57,004 bases of DNA, from assembly GCA_045533435.1 (NCBI GenBank), contig JAZSHT010000002.1:1-57004 (forward strand), in the 5' to 3' direction. The translations under genes and the position numbers were made by a program. The notes under the pieces were generated by a model. The model was not told where the DNA came from and made no database searches. It saw only the letters and a program-made list of their open reading frames with translations. Below, piece after piece: positions 9,818 to 21,110 of this stretch. Within the stretch, counting starts at the first letter, position 1. Each line of letters opens with the position of its first letter. The DNA is from Eubacteriales bacterium (GTDB lineage: Bacteria; Bacillota; Clostridia; Oscillospirales; CAG-272).

Positions 9818-9912
9818 AAATTACACTGACACCGAATAATACCGACTTTTTTACCTCATTTGTTAAAATTAAGTTATATGCTTATTTTGAAATTCAATCA
9901 ATAATCAAATTT

Positions 9913-10003
9913 CGCTGACTGCTATCTACTGACAGCTTATCGCTGTGAACAAAGCGAACCTCAAATTTCGCTAACCGCTAACTGCTAGCGGCTGACTGCT
10001 TAA
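9913..10003. repeat. Two heptamer arrays (9913-9947 and 9969-10003), each preceded by TCAAATTTCGCT
   Basis: Read directly: cgctgac tgctatc tactgac agcttat cgctgtg, and cgctaac cgctaac tgctagc ggctgac tgcttaa. Confidence 0.9.
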
Positions 10004-10024
10004 CATATTAAATCGCCCTGCGAT

Positions 10025-10585
10025 TTAATATGTGGCACTATCAATTCTCCAACCGTTTTCCTCGTTTATAAGTGTTATCTCAACGAAGTCATTTTTTTCA
10101 AGGTTGGTTGTTTTAATTCTTGCAATTATAAAGCGCTTTGAATTTTTAATAATTTCTGTCGTGGAAAAATCGTACTTTGATACCTCTATGCCCTCAATAT
10201 CCTTTCTTACAGATAAATGTCCTTCATACTCAATATATCTTGCATATACAGCAGTTGAGCCAACTGCTCCAGACTCGCCCTCAAATGCAGTTTTGATTAT
10301 ATCAGATGCATAATCAGAGCTGAAAATTTCTCTTGTTCTTTCCACAAGCGGTAGCTTTGCAGTATAGCTTTCACTACCCTTTACAGGCACATAAAGTCCC
10401 TCATCATCCACAAGCTGTCTCTCTAAGCCCTCTCCAAAATAAATAACATTTAATTGGTAGGACTCCTTAACTAAAGTATTAAAAATTGCTTTTGCTTCAG
10501 TATCGCTTACGCTTTTACATCCCATTATACTAACTGCAAAAATTACAATTAGTATAAGGGACATGATTTTTACAAATAATTTCAT
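10025..10585 (-). CDS. Putative lipoprotein
   Basis: Signal peptide with lipobox-like IMGC. I prefer the ATG at 10585 (4 nt after the gyrA stop) over the GTG at 10600. Confidence 0.55.
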   Translation of the reverse strand: MKLFVKIMSLILIVIFAVSIMGCKSVSDTEAKAIFNTLVKESYQLNVIYFGEGLERQLVDDEGLYVPVKGSESYTAKLPLVERTREIFSSDYASDIIKTAFEGESGAVGSTAVYARYIEYEGHLSVRKDIEGIEVSKYDFSTTEIIKNSKRFIIARIKTTNLEKNDFVEITLINEENGWRIDSATY

Positions 10586-10586
10586 A

Positions 10587-13187
10587 TTATGCGTTTTCAC
10601 CGTTATTTTCGGTTGCTTCTTCGTTAACCTCTTTGCCTACTTCCTCGGATACCTCGCTAACTACCTCGCTATTTTCATCAGCATTTGCCTCAGCTACCGC
10701 TTCGCTTACAGCCTCAGCATTTTCCTCAGCATCCTCATCATCCTTTTTAACAAGAGTCATATTTGCAACGCTTTGACCATCATTAAGCTTCATAACGCGA
10801 ACACCTGTTGTGCTTCTCTTATATGTTGGAATTTCAATGGAATCTGTTCTAATAATTACACCCTCATTTGTGATAATCATTACATCATCATCATCGCTTA
10901 CGCAAGCAACTCCGGCAAGGAGACCTGTCTTATCGTTGATATTATGAATAATAACTCCCATAATACCACGGTTTCTTGGCTCAAATTCATCAAATGATGA
11001 CTTCTTACCGTAGCCGTTTTCTGTAATTGTAAGTAGCTTCTTATCGTTATCTACAATAACCGCACCGCATACAATATCGCCCTCACGAAGGTCAATACCG
11101 CGTACACCTCTTGCAGTTCTACCAACAACTGTTACCTTATTTTCATGGAAGCGTGCTGCATAACCATTCTTTGTACCGATAAGGATATGGTCCTCGCCCG
11201 TTGTATGTCCAACGAAGATAAGCTTATCGCCCTCATCAAGGTTAATTGCAATCTTACCACCCTTACGCTGATATTCATATTCCTTAATATCAGTACGCTT
11301 AATTACACCGTTTTGTGTAACCATTGTAAGGTAAGTGCCTTCCTCAAACTCCTTAATTGAAATCATAGCGGTTACTCTTTCGCCCTTTTCAATCTCAATT
11401 AAGTTAATGATATTAGAGCCCTTTGCAGTTCTTGAAGCCTCAGGGATTCTATATGCCTTTCTTACGAAAATCTTACCGCTATCAGTAAACATTAAAAGGT
11501 AATCGTGGCTATTTGCAACAAGCACCTTTTCAATAAAGTCCTCATCCTTTGTTGACATACCGATAAGTCCCTTACCGCCTCTATGCTGACTTTCATATGT
11601 ATCAGCAGGAAGTCTCTTAATATAGCCTGAATTTGTAAGTGTAATTACACATTCATGTCTTTCAATAAGGTCCTCAATATCAATTTCCTCTTCGCTATCA
11701 ATTATATCTGTACGGCGGTTATCCGCATACTTTCTCTTAATTTCAAGCATTTCGTTCTTGATAATTTCCTTAACCTTATTTTCATCTGCTAAGATTTCGT
11801 TAAGCTCGTTTATAAGCTCGTTTAATTTAACAATTCTGTCCTCAATCTTTTGTCTTTCAAGACCTGATAAACGACCGAGTGTCATTTCAACGATTGCCTG
11901 AGCCTGAGCCTCAGAAAGTAAAAATCTTGCAATTAAGTTTTCCTTAGCAACAGGCGTGCTTTCAGATGAACGGATAATCCCTATTACTTCGTCAATATTG
12001 TCAATAGCAATCTTATATCCCTCGTAAATATGCTTTTCTGCTTCTGCCTTTGCTTTTTCAAACTTAGTTCTTCTTACAATTACATCCTCTTGGAATGTAA
12101 TGTAGTGATTTAAAAGTGCTTTTAATCCAAGTGTCTTTGGCTCGCCATTTACAAGTGCAAGCATATTTACTGCGCAAGTATCTTGGAGCTGTGTATTCTT
12201 ATATAATTGATTAAGTATAATTTGTCCGTTTGCGTCCTTCTTATACTCAATTACAATTCTCATTCCGGCTCTACCGGATTCATCGCGAATATCGGTAATA
12301 CCCTCAATTCTCTTGTCCTTAACTAAGTCTGCCATTGCTTTTACAAGCATTGACTTATTTACCATATAAGGAATTTCAGTTATGATAATTCTGCGCTTGT
12401 CCTCTTCAATATTAGCCTTTGCGCGTACATTTACTCTGCCCTTACCTGTTGTATAAGCATCAATAATGCCTCTCTTACCGTAAATTGTACCATAGGTTGG
12501 GAAGTCAGGACCTTGAATGAATTGCATTAAGTCCTCAACTGTGCAGTCAGGATTATCAATTAAATGTACTGTACCATCAATTACCTCTCCAAGATTATGT
12601 GGTGGTACATTTGTAGCCATACCAACCGCAATACCTACGCTACCGTTTACAAGTAGGTTAGGGAAACGAGATGGAAGTACAGTTGGCTCCTTTCTTGTAT
12701 TATCAAAGTTAGGAACGAAGTCAACTACATCCTTATCAATATCACTCATAAGCTCGTTTGCAAGCTTTGACATTCTAGCCTCAGTATAACGGTATGCAGC
12801 AGCACCATCGCCGTCAACGTTACCAAAGTTACCATGACCGTCAACAAGTGGATATCTAAGTGAGAATGGTTGTGCCATTCTAACCATTGTACCGTAAACA
12901 GATTGGTCGCCGTGTGGATGGTATCTACCAAGCACATTACCTACTGTAGTAGCTGATTTTCTAAATGGCTTGTCTGATGTTAAGTGGTCCTCAAACATAG
13001 CGTACATTACTCTTCTTTGACCAGGCTTCATACCATCTCTTACATCAGGTAATGCACGACTTACGATAACGCTCATTGAGTATTCAAGGAATGCTTCTGG
13101 CACTCTTGATTCGATAGTTCTGCCAACTATCATTTGCTCAATATTTTCATAATCAATATGTTGTTCCTTTTCGCTCATTTGTGCCAC
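10587..13187 (-). CDS. gyrA: DNA gyrase subunit A
   Basis: 866 aa with the AAAYRYTEARM active-site Tyr motif, a QRDR-like region (HPHGDQSVY), a beta-pinwheel CTD and an acidic tail. Confidence 0.97.
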   Translation of the reverse strand: MAQMSEKEQHIDYENIEQMIVGRTIESRVPEAFLEYSMSVIVSRALPDVRDGMKPGQRRVMYAMFEDHLTSDKPFRKSATTVGNVLGRYHPHGDQSVYGTMVRMAQPFSLRYPLVDGHGNFGNVDGDGAAAYRYTEARMSKLANELMSDIDKDVVDFVPNFDNTRKEPTVLPSRFPNLLVNGSVGIAVGMATNVPPHNLGEVIDGTVHLIDNPDCTVEDLMQFIQGPDFPTYGTIYGKRGIIDAYTTGKGRVNVRAKANIEEDKRRIIITEIPYMVNKSMLVKAMADLVKDKRIEGITDIRDESGRAGMRIVIEYKKDANGQIILNQLYKNTQLQDTCAVNMLALVNGEPKTLGLKALLNHYITFQEDVIVRRTKFEKAKAEAEKHIYEGYKIAIDNIDEVIGIIRSSESTPVAKENLIARFLLSEAQAQAIVEMTLGRLSGLERQKIEDRIVKLNELINELNEILADENKVKEIIKNEMLEIKRKYADNRRTDIIDSEEEIDIEDLIERHECVITLTNSGYIKRLPADTYESQHRGGKGLIGMSTKDEDFIEKVLVANSHDYLLMFTDSGKIFVRKAYRIPEASRTAKGSNIINLIEIEKGERVTAMISIKEFEEGTYLTMVTQNGVIKRTDIKEYEYQRKGGKIAINLDEGDKLIFVGHTTGEDHILIGTKNGYAARFHENKVTVVGRTARGVRGIDLREGDIVCGAVIVDNDKKLLTITENGYGKKSSFDEFEPRNRGIMGVIIHNINDKTGLLAGVACVSDDDDVMIITNEGVIIRTDSIEIPTYKRSTTGVRVMKLNDGQSVANMTLVKKDDEDAEENAEAVSEAVAEANADENSEVVSEVSEEVGKEVNEEATENNGENA

Positions 13188-13191
13188 CTCC

Positions 13192-15445
<2,254 letters not shown>

Positions 15446-15513
15446 TCAAATTCTTTTTATCTATAATTTTTTGCTAATCATTTTCTTGATAGCTAACTGC
15501 TACGGCTGATTTT

Positions 15514-15930
15514 TCAGCCATTAACTCCAAAATAAACAACCACACCAACTATTATGGCGGTAATTATACCAACAATAATTTTATATATTTTCTTATTTCT
15601 ATTGATTTTATTTTCTATTTTTTCTCTGTTTTCTAATATATCCTGCTCATATAGCTCTTTTTTATCAAGCTTTTTTTGTATTTTACTTATAACACATTGC
15701 TCATCATATTCAATTATGTTACCGCAAGATGGACATTTAAAGTCATATTCGGTTACTTCAATATCGCCAATCAAATGCATATTACCAATACTGTTATGTT
15801 CTCTGTAATCTGCGTCCTTAGGTGTTACAATTCTTTTCTTTGGCTCTTTTACTAATCTTTCGCCACATTTATGGCAATAAAATTTTTTAAAAACCATACC
15901 CGCAGGAATCGATATAGATTTATTTTTCAT
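15514..15930 (-). CDS. Zinc-ribbon protein with C-terminal TM anchor (hypothetical)
   Basis: Two CxxC pairs (CHKCGE, CPSCGN) and a C-terminal hydrophobic helix. Confidence 0.5.
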   Translation of the reverse strand: MKNKSISIPAGMVFKKFYCHKCGERLVKEPKKRIVTPKDADYREHNSIGNMHLIGDIEVTEYDFKCPSCGNIIEYDEQCVISKIQKKLDKKELYEQDILENREKIENKINRNKKIYKIIVGIITAIIVGVVVYFGVNG

Positions 15931-15941
15931 TTTTATAAATA

Positions 15942-16175
15942 TTAAAACCCTTCAACAATTCTTGAATATTTGTACGCACTTAAATAAACTGTCTTATCCT
16001 TCATTATGATAAAAGTTCTCGGTAAATCAAAGCCAAGTGTTTTTACTCTGCCTTCCTTTTGTGCATTTGACAGATACTTTTTTGTAACTGAGGACACAGT
16101 TGAGCTATCCATATCAAAAATAGCCAATATATCCTTTTTTCTCACTACCTTGTTTTCGCCTATATGTAGGTACAT
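15942..16175 (-). CDS. DUF370/RemB(YaaB)-like protein
   Basis: MYLHIGENKVVRKKDILAIFDMD matches the YaaB/RemB N-terminus. Conserved position between recF and gyrB. Confidence 0.75.
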   Translation of the reverse strand: MYLHIGENKVVRKKDILAIFDMDSSTVSSVTKKYLSNAQKEGRVKTLGFDLPRTFIIMKDKTVYLSAYKYSRIVEGF

Positions 16176-16178
16176 TTT

Positions 16179-16209
16179 AGTGGTTAGTGGTTAGTGATTA
16201 GTGGTTAGT
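16179..16209. repeat. Heptamer array (AGTGGTT AGTGGTT AGTGATT AGTGGTT AGT), 3 nt from the remB-like start codon
   Basis: Read directly. It occupies the place where a Shine-Dalgarno sequence would be expected. Confidence 0.9.
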
Positions 16210-16234
16210 ATATACCTTCCACCACACCAAACAC

Positions 16235-17428
16235 CTACTCCTCTATATTTTCATTTATTTTGGTTTCTTTTTGGTTATCGATTTCTTTTTGCGATACTTT
16301 TTCTTTCTCTAAAGAAAAAGTATCATTATCAACATGTCCGTCCTTGATGTAGATAAAGTTCACATCATCAACCTCGTTAAAGGCTGTGCTTTCGCAGGTG
16401 GTTATAATAACCTGTCTTTTTTTAATGTTTGACATTATATATTTACGCCTATTTTCATCAAGCTCGCTTAATACATCATCAAGTAGAAATACGGGATACT
16501 CTCCTGTAAAATCCTTGCTTATTTCGCCCTCACTTAATTTCATTGCAAGAGCAAGGCTTCTTTGCTGACCTTGTGAGGAATAAAAGCGGGCATCCTTACC
16601 GTTTAATTCAATTTTTAAGTCATCCTTATGAATACCATAAAGAGTTGCGCCGTATTTTATTTCTCTTTCAATATTATTTTTAAGTAAATCCGTATATTTT
16701 TTCTTTAAGGACTCACGGGAATCAAAGTCGTTTTCATCCGCATTTGTCTCATATGATATGCTTGGTATTTCTCTACCCTCAGTCATTTCATTAAAATATC
16801 GTTTAACGTAGAAATCAAGCTTTTTTACATACTCAATACGCATATTTGCAATATCTGTACTAAGAGTGGCTAACTCCTCAGAATAAACCTCTAAAATGCC
16901 ATCATACGCTTTTCTTTCCTCATCGCTCATTTTTAAAATTGCATTTCTGTTTTCTAAAACCGCATTATACTTTGCAAGCATTCTTATATAAAGTGGCTTT
17001 AGCTGTGAAATTGCAATATCTAAAAACTTACGCCTAACCGACGGGGACTCCTTAATAATCCCAAGATGCGACGGACAAAATAGCACGGAACGAAACTCGC
17101 CAATTATTTCAGATGTCTTACCTACCTTGTTTTTGTTGCGGTAAAACTTCTTATTTGCGTTTTTAGGAATTTCAACACCTAATTCACATTCTCCCCTTTG
17201 GGACTCAAATATCATTCTTGCATAGCCCACATTTGAATTAAAATTAATTAATTCTCTGTCCTTAAACGCCCTAAAGCTCTTTCCTCTTGCAAAAAGGTAA
17301 ATTCCCTCTAAAATATTTGTCTTTCCCTGAGCATTCTCGCCGTATATTACATTTATTCCGTCTTTAAATTCTATCTTTTCACTCTCAATATTTCTAAAGA
17401 AAGTAAATTCTATCTCTTTACATTTCAT
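16235..17428 (-). CDS. recF: DNA replication/repair protein RecF
   Basis: Walker A GENAQGKTN and the SMC-like signature SQGQQRSLALAMKL. The ATG at 17428 (MKCKEIEF) is preferred over the upstream TTG that lies in a repeat. Confidence 0.9.
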   Translation of the reverse strand: MKCKEIEFTFFRNIESEKIEFKDGINVIYGENAQGKTNILEGIYLFARGKSFRAFKDRELINFNSNVGYARMIFESQRGECELGVEIPKNANKKFYRNKNKVGKTSEIIGEFRSVLFCPSHLGIIKESPSVRRKFLDIAISQLKPLYIRMLAKYNAVLENRNAILKMSDEERKAYDGILEVYSEELATLSTDIANMRIEYVKKLDFYVKRYFNEMTEGREIPSISYETNADENDFDSRESLKKKYTDLLKNNIEREIKYGATLYGIHKDDLKIELNGKDARFYSSQGQQRSLALAMKLSEGEISKDFTGEYPVFLLDDVLSELDENRRKYIMSNIKKRQVIITTCESTAFNEVDDVNFIYIKDGHVDNDTFSLEKEKVSQKEIDNQKETKINENIEE

Positions 17429-17429
17429 A

Positions 17430-17620
17430 CTTTTTCTTTGCAAAAAGAAAAAGTACGCAAAAAGAAATGATAAAAAATATATTTATACAATACTTTTTCT
17501 TTTCTTATCTAATTATTCTAAAATATCCATCTAACCAAATAAAACCAATAGCTTTGTTTTTATACCTTTTGGTTTCTTTTTTGCTTATCTTTTTTCTTTT
17601 TCAAAAGAAAAAAGTAAGAA
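17430..17620. repeat. Two hairpin-tail repeat copies (17430-17475 and 17571-17620). The second shows both inverted tails.
   Basis: ctttttctttgcaaaaagaaaaagtacgcaaaaagaaatga, and ggtttcttttttgcttat-cttttttctttttcaaaagaaaaaag-taagaa. Confidence 0.85.
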
Positions 17621-17621
17621 T

Positions 17622-17653
17622 AGCTGACCACTGACCACTAGCCACTGACCACT
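17622..17653. repeat. Heptamer array (GACCACT GACCACT AGCCACT GACCACT) just 3' of the dnaN stop
   Basis: Read directly. It is the inverted counterpart of the 16179-16209 array, so the pair brackets recF. Confidence 0.9.
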
Positions 17654-17672
17654 AAATGAATAACTAACCGTG

Positions 17673-18821
17673 TTAGTTATTCATTTTGATAGGCATTACA
17701 AAATACATATACTTTTCGCCATCAATAATTTCAGGCTCAATAAGTACGCCGGTAAGCTGATTTTTAAATGACATCTTTGTTTTAACATCATCACAAACTC
17801 TAAATACATCAAGTAAGAACTTACAGTTAAATCCAATTATAAGGTCATCGCCATATTCCTTATTTATTGAAATTTCATCATATACATTTCCGTTTGCTGA
17901 TGTTGTTGAAACTGATAGACATTCATCAATAGTGAACTTAACATATGAACGAATACTACCTGCTAAGCGGTCCTCAACGATAAGTGAGGATCTTTCAAGA
18001 GCTGAGCGAAGCTCCCCTGCATTTAATTCAATGCTCATGCTATGTGATGTAGGTAAAATTCTGTTGTAGTCAATATAATCTGAGTCAATAGTTTTTGTAA
18101 AGAATACAAATACGCCTATCTTAAAGATAATATATCTTCTTGAAAGCATTCTAATTTCAATCTCATCCTCTGTATCCTTAACCATCTTTAAAAGCTCTAA
18201 AAGTGTCTTGCCTGGGATAATAAACTTAAGATTAACCTCAGAGCCATCTCTATTCTTATTTACAATATCAGCTTCCTTTTCACAGTATGCAAGTCTGTTA
18301 CCATCGCAGGATACGATTGTAATCTTATTACCCTTAATTTGGAAGTACGCGCCGTTAAATACAGGTCTTGCATCGTTTTGACCGATAGCAAATAAAATTC
18401 TGTTTACAAACTTTCTAAATAAGTGCTGTGGAATTGAAAATCCTCTTTCGCCTGTAAGCTCAGGTAATGTTGGAAAGTCATTACCAGGAAGTGCCTTAAT
18501 ATCAAAATGAGACATTCCGCTTTCAATTATTGTCTTATAAGAGCTGTCAACTGAAATTTTGATTGCTCCATCAGGCATAGCCTTGATAATTTGAAGTAGC
18601 TTTTGAGCGTTGATAATGCATACGCCCTCTTCCTCTACCTCACAGTTAATGTATGTTCTCATTCCCTTTTCAAGGTCATAGGATTGAATCATGCATCTGT
18701 TATCACTTGTGCATGTTAAATGTACGCCCTCTATTGATGGCATTGTGTTCTTTCCTGATACCGTGTACATAGCAGGAATAAGTGCTGATAATAATACGCT
18801 CTTTTCAAAAATAGCAATCAT
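17673..18821 (-). CDS. dnaN: DNA polymerase III beta sliding clamp
   Basis: 382 aa, three-domain clamp-like sequence, RBS aggag, dnaA-dnaN synteny. Confidence 0.92.
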   Translation of the reverse strand: MIAIFEKSVLLSALIPAMYTVSGKNTMPSIEGVHLTCTSDNRCMIQSYDLEKGMRTYINCEVEEEGVCIINAQKLLQIIKAMPDGAIKISVDSSYKTIIESGMSHFDIKALPGNDFPTLPELTGERGFSIPQHLFRKFVNRILFAIGQNDARPVFNGAYFQIKGNKITIVSCDGNRLAYCEKEADIVNKNRDGSEVNLKFIIPGKTLLELLKMVKDTEDEIEIRMLSRRYIIFKIGVFVFFTKTIDSDYIDYNRILPTSHSMSIELNAGELRSALERSSLIVEDRLAGSIRSYVKFTIDECLSVSTTSANGNVYDEISINKEYGDDLIIGFNCKFLLDVFRVCDDVKTKMSFKNQLTGVLIEPEIIDGEKYMYFVMPIKMNN

Positions 18822-18839
18822 TTTGTTTTCTCCTAATTT

Positions 18840-19325
18840 TTATGTATGTTAAATTTTTAAAAAACTAAATTGTTTTTCCACTCTATATTTGATAAACAAA
18901 ATTAAAAATTCAAAAATATAAATTAAATATCATTCAAAAAGCACCGCTTTTTCTTATTAATTCTTTTTAATTAAATTTATTTAATTATAGTAGTAGAAGT
19001 AGTAGTGGGTGTTGATACCGTTGATAACTTTTTAAAGCCTTATAAATCAAAGCTCCGTGGCGATTTTTTATCAACCTAATAGTGTTGACTTCTGTTGATA
19101 AGCTTATTCAGTTATCAAAAAATTTCCACGAAAATCTCCACATCCATTTTTTATCTCTTTTCCACAAACAACCAACTGTTGACTCACTTTTTTCTTAACG
19201 CGAAGAAAAAAGTAAGCAAAAAAGAATCGAAACTGAATAAGAAATCCTTGTCCTATCTGTATCCTTTATTTAACTAAAGTGTACTAATTTTTTCCACATC
19301 TTCCATGTTGAAATATGTTGATAAC
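18840..19325. promoter_or_regulatory. oriC segment in the dnaA-dnaN spacer: AT-rich tract, six DnaA-trios, GC cluster, tandem and scattered DnaA boxes
   Basis: TAG TAG TAG AAG TAG TAG at 18988-19005, tgggtg, then TGTTGATAC and CGTTGATAA at 19010-19027. Further boxes TTATCAACC, TGTTGATAA, TTATCAAAA, TTTTCCACA (x2) and TGTTGATAA extend up to 19323. Confidence 0.8.
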
Positions 19326-19521
19326 TCCGCTTTTCTTAGCGCGAAGAAAAGCTTGGCAAAAGAATCGAAAAGAATTAAAAATATAATAAAACTTTTATTT
19401 TAAATTTTTCTTAACGCGAAGAAAAAAGTAAGAACCTCGACCCACAAAACGAAGTAAACCTCGTGTGGGTGCCCGAGAACCTTGATACTCGTTTACTCGT
19501 ATTAAGCAAAAAAGAATCGAC
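19187..19521. repeat. Three hairpin-tail repeat copies inside the oriC spacer (19187-19232, 19329-19371, 19406-19521, the last with a nested insert)
   Basis: cttttttcttaacgcgaagaaaaaagtaagcaaaaaagaatcgaaa and variants. The insert is cgaCCCACAaaacgaagtaaacctcgTGTGGGtgcccgag. Confidence 0.85.
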
Positions 19522-19557
19522 AAATAACAAAACTTTTATTGAATAAATCATTTATGT

Positions 19558-19585
19558 AGCCGCTGACCACTGACCACTAGCCACT
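19558..19585. repeat. Heptamer array (AGCCGCT GACCACT GACCACT AGCCACT) just 3' of the dnaA stop
   Basis: Read directly. Followed by the palindrome cggataacttgttatccg, which overlaps the dnaA stop. Confidence 0.9.
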
Positions 19586-19597
19586 ACGGATAACTTG

Positions 19598-20986
19598 TTA
19601 TCCGTTAATTTCCCTTATAATCTCCTTAACCATCAAGTTAAAGTCATTATCCTTGTCCATTTTTTCCTTAATGAACTTTTCGCTGGAAACTAGCGTTGTT
19701 CTATCGCGGTTAATTGCATTACCGATTTGGACCTTACTTAGCTTTGTAGTTTTTAATGCTATGTAAACTATTAAATGTCTTGGCTCAACAATTTCCTTAG
19801 TTCTCTTTGTTGATAAAATATCCTCTCTTGATACTCCATACTTCTTTGAAATAGTAAGAATGATTTCATCCATCTTTTTCGTATCTGATGGCTCAGCTTG
19901 AATATATTCTCCAAGTGATGAGGCAACCTTATCAAGTGTAATATCAACGCCCTCTAAAAGCTGAATTGCGCTAAGCTTTTTAATAGCGCCATCAAGCTGT
20001 CTAATTGAGGACTTAATATTTTCTGCAATAAATCTTAAAATTGATGATGGAATATCAAGATTATACTGCTGTACCTTTTGCTTTAAGATAGCAAAGCGAA
20101 GGTCAAATTCTGGTAACTGAATATCAGCAATAAGACCTGACATAAATCTTGTTCTTAATCTATCCTCAAGCGTTTGAATTTCCTGTGGTGGGCGGTCAGA
20201 TGTTAAAATAATCTGCTTTTTAGCCTCATAGATAGCATTAAATGTATTAAATAGCTCCTCTTGCACAGAAATTCTTCCTGCCGCAAATTGAATGTCATCA
20301 ATAAGAAGCACATCAACGCTTCTATACTTATCTCTAAACTGCGCTGTTGTTTTCTTTCCAATAGCATCAACTAATTGATTAGTAAATTCCTCACTGCTTA
20401 TAAGCACAATTTTCTTATCAGGGTATCTATCTAAAATTCTATTTGTAATAGCGTAAAGCAAGTGAGTTTTACCAATTCCGCTTGGACCATAAATAAATAG
20501 CGGATTATACAAATTAGTTGTATCTAGCTTTGAAAAGTCCTTTTCAGCAACTGCCTTAGCTGCTGCGCATGCTAAATCGTTTGATTTACCAACAACGAAG
20601 TTTTCAAATGTATATTGTCTGTTTTCACTTTTATTTTCATTTCTTTGTGGAGCTACGCTTGTGTTATTATCACTTGAATCCTTTATTTCAGGCTCTCTAT
20701 GCTTAATTGATAAATCAATTTCGCCATGCTCCTTAGAGTGAATAATAACCTTTGGAGAATAACCGACAATTTCTGCAAGACATTCGCTTAAATCATCGGA
20801 AAATTTATCCTCAATAATATCCTTTTTCATATCAGTTGAAGCAACAAAAATCGCCTCATCCTTAGTAAGCGCAGTTAATTTTAGCTCAACAAACCAAAGC
20901 TTAACAACAACGCTTGAATGTCTTTTTGAAAGCGCCTCTATTAAGAAAGAATGTATCTCTTGAAGCTCCTGCTCTTTAAAATTCAT
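19598..20986 (-). CDS. dnaA: Chromosomal replication initiator DnaA
   Basis: AAA+ Walker A GPSGIGKTHL, box VII and a domain IV HTH (KRTKEIVEPRHLIVYI). RBS aggag. Confidence 0.97.
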   Translation of the reverse strand: MNFKEQELQEIHSFLIEALSKRHSSVVVKLWFVELKLTALTKDEAIFVASTDMKKDIIEDKFSDDLSECLAEIVGYSPKVIIHSKEHGEIDLSIKHREPEIKDSSDNNTSVAPQRNENKSENRQYTFENFVVGKSNDLACAAAKAVAEKDFSKLDTTNLYNPLFIYGPSGIGKTHLLYAITNRILDRYPDKKIVLISSEEFTNQLVDAIGKKTTAQFRDKYRSVDVLLIDDIQFAAGRISVQEELFNTFNAIYEAKKQIILTSDRPPQEIQTLEDRLRTRFMSGLIADIQLPEFDLRFAILKQKVQQYNLDIPSSILRFIAENIKSSIRQLDGAIKKLSAIQLLEGVDITLDKVASSLGEYIQAEPSDTKKMDEIILTISKKYGVSREDILSTKRTKEIVEPRHLIVYIALKTTKLSKVQIGNAINRDRTTLVSSEKFIKEKMDKDNDFNLMVKEIIREING

Positions 20987-21110
20987 GATTTTCTCCTAAT
21001 TAAAGTATAAATAGTACCTAAGTATAATTATACTATTATATTGTATTTACTATAATTATAATATATATAGCTAGAAAAGTCAAGAAAAATCGCGTTTTTT
21101 TCTACTATTA

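Noticed and set aside
9759-10024. A LexA/Cheo box upstream of recA.
   Set aside because: Only GAAC-N6-GAAC in direct orientation is present (about 9946-9959). No GAAC-N4-GTTC palindrome was seen.
10563-13000. Multiple antisense ORFs inside gyrA, gyrB, recA, rimO, pgsA, RHS, PcfJ-like, FGGY kinase and others.
   Set aside because: They lie entirely within, and antisense or out of frame to, confidently identified conserved genes. These are typical shadow ORFs.
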